DNA of 64,000 nucleotides from NCBI GenBank assembly GCA_963662285.2, contig CAXXMV010000008.1:448001-512000 (forward strand), given 5' to 3'. Both the position numbers and the translations under genes were made by a program. Within the stretch, counting starts at the first letter, position 1. Each line of letters starts with the position of its first letter. Source of the DNA: a bacterium (lineage in GTDB: Bacteria; Hinthialibacterota; Hinthialibacteria; Hinthialibacterales; Hinthialibacteraceae). The notes beneath the pieces were generated by a model that saw only the letters and a program-made list of their open reading frames with translations, ran no database searches and was not told the DNA's origin. This document shows positions 60,209-64,000 of the stretch, piece after piece.

Positions 60209-61600
60209 TTAATTCTTCGAGACCTTGGTTTTTTGCTCTCCGAAGATGTCTTGGTATGAGTAGAACTTAAACTCTCTATCTTCTGCTATAGCCAGGGAGG
60301 AAGGGCTGATGTTATTGAAAATCTGGTCGAACTCTTTTAGCCCGGTGACGCCATTATATTGAGTCACTTTGGCTAATTCATCGCGGATCAGGGCGCGGTT
60401 GAGTCCGGCGCGTTCGATAGCGTCAATAATCATGGTCATGCCATCATAGGCATGGGCGGCGTAGGTTTCGGGAGCATCGCCAAAACGGTCGCTGAATGAT
60501 TTGACGAAATCGGTATATTTGGAGTCGCGGCTTTCTGGATCATAGGGATATCCGGCGATGACATTGCCGATGTTCTCTCCGGCCATTTCAAAGAATTTAG
60601 GTGATACCATACGGTCGCTGCCCAGGAATAGTTGATTCATACCCATAGCCCGCATTTGCTTAAGTATTAGAGCGGATTCTTCGCAGTCGCCATAAGTTAT
60701 TACTGCTTCTGGTTTTAGCGCTTTGATACGCTCAAGTTGTGGAGTGTAATCTGTATCGCCTACTTTGTAATTAAGTTCAGTTAAGAATGGATGACCGGAA
60801 CGGGTGGCGGCGTCGCGGAACTCATCGATGCTCATGCGTCCATAACGGTTATTAGCCCGCAAGGCGGCGACGCGGGTATACCCCAGTTTTTTGAAGACGT
60901 AATCAGCCATGAAATAGCACATCTGACGGTCATCGGTGATGCATCTAAATACCCAGGGGATATTGGTTTCAATAAAAGTGGGATCAGTATCGCCGGTATT
61001 CATCATGGGAATTTCAGCCTTCAAAGCCACCCGGATAGCAATATGGCTGTTAGCGCCATCAATTGATCCGAGTATAGCCCAGACATTATCTTTATAGGCC
61101 AAGTGGACGATTTCACTGCCGCTGGCGCCCCAAAGGCCGTTGTCGTTGCGGACTTTCAATTCATAGGGAACGCCGCTTCCTCTGTAACCACCGTTTGCAT
61201 TGGCGTGTTCAATGGCAAGACGGGCGCCTTGCATCATTTTGTGGCCTAAGGGTTCTTCATGAGACGCCCCGCCAGTAGCGACCGAAACGGTTTTCATGAT
61301 GGGACCTAAAAAGCCGATTTTGATCGAATCGAGATTCTTTGGCTCAGGAATATGACGCCCGTATCCCCGGTATTGTAATGGTTCACGGAAAAAACGGCGG
61401 TATGGTTCGGTGAATTCACCATAGGGGAAATATTCATCAGGCGTACGGCCATAGTTTTTCTTTAATAATTCAGGATCAGCCTTTTGAACCTTGGTAGTTC
61501 CATGAATTCTCGAATCGTCTAAAACTGTATCATCGCTGGCGATAGCGCTGCTTCCCCCGAAGAGCGCCATGACTAAAAACATCCCGATTATCTTTTTCAT
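60209..61600 (-). CDS. Periplasmic binding protein type 1 (LivJ-like), paralog
   Basis: IKIGFLGP, LAIEHANANGGY, VWAILGSIDGANSH, PWVFR, AAHAYDG. Confidence 0.85.
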   Translation of the reverse strand: MKKIIGMFLVMALFGGSSAIASDDTVLDDSRIHGTTKVQKADPELLKKNYGRTPDEYFPYGEFTEPYRRFFREPLQYRGYGRHIPEPKNLDSIKIGFLGPIMKTVSVATGGASHEEPLGHKMMQGARLAIEHANANGGYRGSGVPYELKVRNDNGLWGASGSEIVHLAYKDNVWAILGSIDGANSHIAIRVALKAEIPMMNTGDTDPTFIETNIPWVFRCITDDRQMCYFMADYVFKKLGYTRVAALRANNRYGRMSIDEFRDAATRSGHPFLTELNYKVGDTDYTPQLERIKALKPEAVITYGDCEESALILKQMRAMGMNQLFLGSDRMVSPKFFEMAGENIGNVIAGYPYDPESRDSKYTDFVKSFSDRFGDAPETYAAHAYDGMTMIIDAIERAGLNRALIRDELAKVTQYNGVTGLKEFDQIFNNISPSSLAIAEDREFKFYSYQDIFGEQKTKVSKN

Positions 61601-61876
61601 GTAAATTTACCCCTTTGCTTAGATTTGACAGGGCGCCAAGGGCAGTGTATTTTCTGCCCTTGATAGAGTCCACTTTATTTAATTCAACAATTATTATCAA
61701 CGATTCACTCAAAAAAAACAAAAATATAATAAGTTTTAAAGTTTTGGTACATAGAGCCATATATGAATAATACTATAAAAGAATAAATCATCATAGAAAT
61801 TATTCTGCATCTATACAGTTGTCATCAAGGGCAGAAAGAACACTGCCCTTGGCGCCCGAGCACCCTACATTGGGTA

Positions 61877-62998
61877 TTACTTCAATCCAGCGTAATAACC
61901 TTTGCCGATGCCGTGCGCCAGGCCGTGGCCGGTTCCGATCCAGACATCGTCGCCCTGAAATTCTGAACAGATTATGAAATGATTGGGCAACGATAGTTTG
62001 GTGGGAACCGAACGGATTATTTTATCCTGCACCATCAAGTGAGCCGTCCAATGCTCTGCGTCATCCGCGTCGCGTTTATAGGTAACCCATGTATCGGATT
62101 CAAAATCCGCTAAGACCGCTAAACCCAGGTCGGTACTGCAATAACAGGTATTTTTGTCGCGTCCGACGGCGAAATTGATAAAATCGCTGATTAAACCGCT
62201 ATCAACCTTGGTATACCCCCGCCAGTGACGACCGTCATATCGGCTCAGGCCGAAATAGGTTGAAGCCCACATGATATCATCGCGAAATGAAACCGATGTG
62301 GTGATTATGTGGATCAAGCCATCATCGCGGTATAGATCTATTTCCATTTCATGATCGGGATCGCGATGGGCGTCCCAGTGTTTGGTTTCGACGTCCCATT
62401 CGAGGATTCCGCCGCCCCATACTGCTACATATACTCTTTTGCCGTGTGAATCAATACTGTAACACCAGATCTCTTCCATAGGCGCATTCTGATCGGTGAA
62501 GATTTCCCATTCGCCAGTGACGGTATTGTATGAACTGACTCCGGCGGTGGTGGCCACCCATAGTTCATCATCCAGGATAGTCAAAGCATAGACCACGTCA
62601 TTAACTAAACCGCTGTTTAATTGATGGAAATGATCGAAGCGACCGCCGCTGAAGCGGGCTACTCCGCCGCCAAAAAGCCCTAGCCAGACATCCCCGGTTT
62701 TCTGACTGACCGCGATGCCGCTGACTACCTTAAATGGCAGACCGTCTTTTTCCTGCCATACTTTCCACTTACCGTCTTCTAAAAGAGCCAGACCATCTTC
62801 AGTTCCAACCCACAGACGGTCGCCATCGGCTCTCAAGGAGAAGATATGGTCATTGGGAAGTCCGTTTTCTTCTGCGTAGAAAGTTTCCCACTCGGTATAA
62901 ACATAGGGTTCACCCGCCAATTGAGGAATTTCTTCACCCGCGCACAAAAGAAGCGGAAGTCCAGCGAATAATATAATTATTAATGTAAGACGCGTCAT
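61877..62998 (-). CDS. Secreted beta-propeller protein (two-component-regulator propeller-like repeats)
   Basis: Repeated GLP.D, LWVGT..GL, SGL..D blades; signal peptide. Confidence 0.75.
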   Translation of the reverse strand: MTRLTLIIILFAGLPLLLCAGEEIPQLAGEPYVYTEWETFYAEENGLPNDHIFSLRADGDRLWVGTEDGLALLEDGKWKVWQEKDGLPFKVVSGIAVSQKTGDVWLGLFGGGVARFSGGRFDHFHQLNSGLVNDVVYALTILDDELWVATTAGVSSYNTVTGEWEIFTDQNAPMEEIWCYSIDSHGKRVYVAVWGGGILEWDVETKHWDAHRDPDHEMEIDLYRDDGLIHIITTSVSFRDDIMWASTYFGLSRYDGRHWRGYTKVDSGLISDFINFAVGRDKNTCYCSTDLGLAVLADFESDTWVTYKRDADDAEHWTAHLMVQDKIIRSVPTKLSLPNHFIICSEFQGDDVWIGTGHGLAHGIGKGYYAGLK

Positions 62999-63015
62999 AA
63001 TTTAACTCCCCCACT

Positions 63016-63999
63016 TTATAGCGTTTTTAAGTATTCAACTAAATCTTTGAGTTGATCTTTAGTCATATCATTGGTCACCCCATGCCGATCAAAGGGATTA
63101 TAACGGGTCCAGATTTCTTCCAGGGTTTCCGCACGCCCGTCATGCATATAAGGCGCCGTCTCATAAATATTATTCAAATGAGGAATATCAAATTCCAAAT
63201 CAGTATCCAATTCGGAAATCACGCCGATATTAACCACATCGCGGCTGGTGTAATAAGGCGCCGGGTGACAGGAGTTGCACCTGTTATCCAAGGGAATCTC
63301 TTTACCCGAATTATCCATAGTGCGTTCAAATATTATTTTGCCGCGCCGTTGGGCGGGCGTCATTTCACCGTCCAAACGAAAGCGATTGGGGTTGCGCGGA
63401 ATGGTGCATATATAGCGGTCTAAGGCTTTAACCTGTTCGGGAGTAAAAGGATCAATTCTAGTGAAGAACACAGCCAAACGGGGGCCGCACTGTCTGCTGA
63501 GAGAAGGATTCTTGCCGGTCCACTTAAATGGCGCGGTATCCAGGATGCCGCGCAGGGTTCGATTATCTACCGGATTGATGCCGATGCCGTCCGGTTCGAT
63601 ATCATAAGTTACGCCATCAACCCCGCCGTCGGGATGACAAGAGTGACAAGAGAACTGACGCCCGAATGTTACTTCCGCATTATGGAAAATACGCTCGCCC
63701 ATGCGTTCTTCAGTGATTTGCTGGGGGCCGCCCAGGTCGATGGTTTTTATACGCTCTTGTTTTGCGACGTCGATGACGGATATGGCATCATCCAAGGCAT
63801 CGGCGACGTAAACGTATTTACCATCAGGAGAAACGGTCAGGCCGCGCGGCCCGATGCCCACTGTTATACGCTTAAGGATAAACTCGGTTGATACGCCCAG
63901 ATGATTTGGTAGAAGGTTTTTGCGTTCTTCATCAGTCGCGTTTTTCAAGATGGATTTCATCTTATCAAGATCGATAACCGCAACCGCATCAATGCCGCC
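63016..63999 (-). CDS. YVTN beta-propeller plus di-heme cytochrome c (CcP/MauG-like), 3' part (truncated by window end)
   Basis: VGIGPRGLTVSPDGKYVYVA, SCHSCHPDG, CNSCH, TAPYMHDGRA.TLEE; frame open to window end. Confidence 0.85.
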   Translation of the reverse strand, partial: GGIDAVAVIDLDKMKSILKNATDEERKNLLPNHLGVSTEFILKRITVGIGPRGLTVSPDGKYVYVADALDDAISVIDVAKQERIKTIDLGGPQQITEERMGERIFHNAEVTFGRQFSCHSCHPDGGVDGVTYDIEPDGIGINPVDNRTLRGILDTAPFKWTGKNPSLSRQCGPRLAVFFTRIDPFTPEQVKALDRYICTIPRNPNRFRLDGEMTPAQRRGKIIFERTMDNSGKEIPLDNRCNSCHPAPYYTSRDVVNIGVISELDTDLEFDIPHLNNIYETAPYMHDGRAETLEEIWTRYNPFDRHGVTNDMTKDQLKDLVEYLKTL

Positions 64000-64000
64000 G

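Larger units (their letters stand above)
58618..61857. repeat. Dispersed palindromic repeat family B (copies 58618-58656, 59893-59925, 60017-60049, 61631-61663, 61825-61857)
   Basis: Approximate consensus GGG[CT]G[CG]CAAGGGCA-arm-[AT]GCCCTTGA; the last four form two inverted pairs. Confidence 0.85.

Noticed and set aside
58618-61857. Repeat family B as a CRISPR array
   Set aside because: Copies are dispersed, inverted and separated by genes; no regular spacers and no cas genes.

Overview
A gene-dense bacterial chromosomal segment of about 50 CDS, with no rRNA, tRNA, CRISPR array or intact mobile element seen. It mixes housekeeping genes (rpmB, mtaB, rsmE, argC, cysK, mnmE, bioB, rhaT) with many secreted or periplasmic proteins of unknown function. 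The protein style (P/T-linker plus dockerin-like tail, HzsA-like/FGE fusion, CRTAC1, Tat-exported oxidoreductases) suggests a PVC-related candidate phylum such as OLB16/Hinthialibacterota or Sumerlaeota; this is inference only. The strongest unexplained signal is that four unrelated signal-peptide proteins end in the same short, non-transmembrane tail, [ST]-x4-W-[ES]-L-[YFM]-(K/R)-stop, and the window also encodes a giant PorU/gingipain-like C25 peptidase, together suggesting an undescribed C-terminal sorting system. Other notable items: two cases of a duplicated gene 3' end flanking a REP-like hairpin (one enclosing a Panacea/RelE-like toxin-antitoxin cassette); a decayed RAYT-like transposase between inverted repeats; a palindromic repeat family with a compensatory base-pair change; a missed 57-aa protein resembling the MucR/Ros N-terminal domain; and a periplasmic di-heme/beta-propeller/orphan binding-protein cluster. 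All family assignments come from motif recognition by eye, not database searches.
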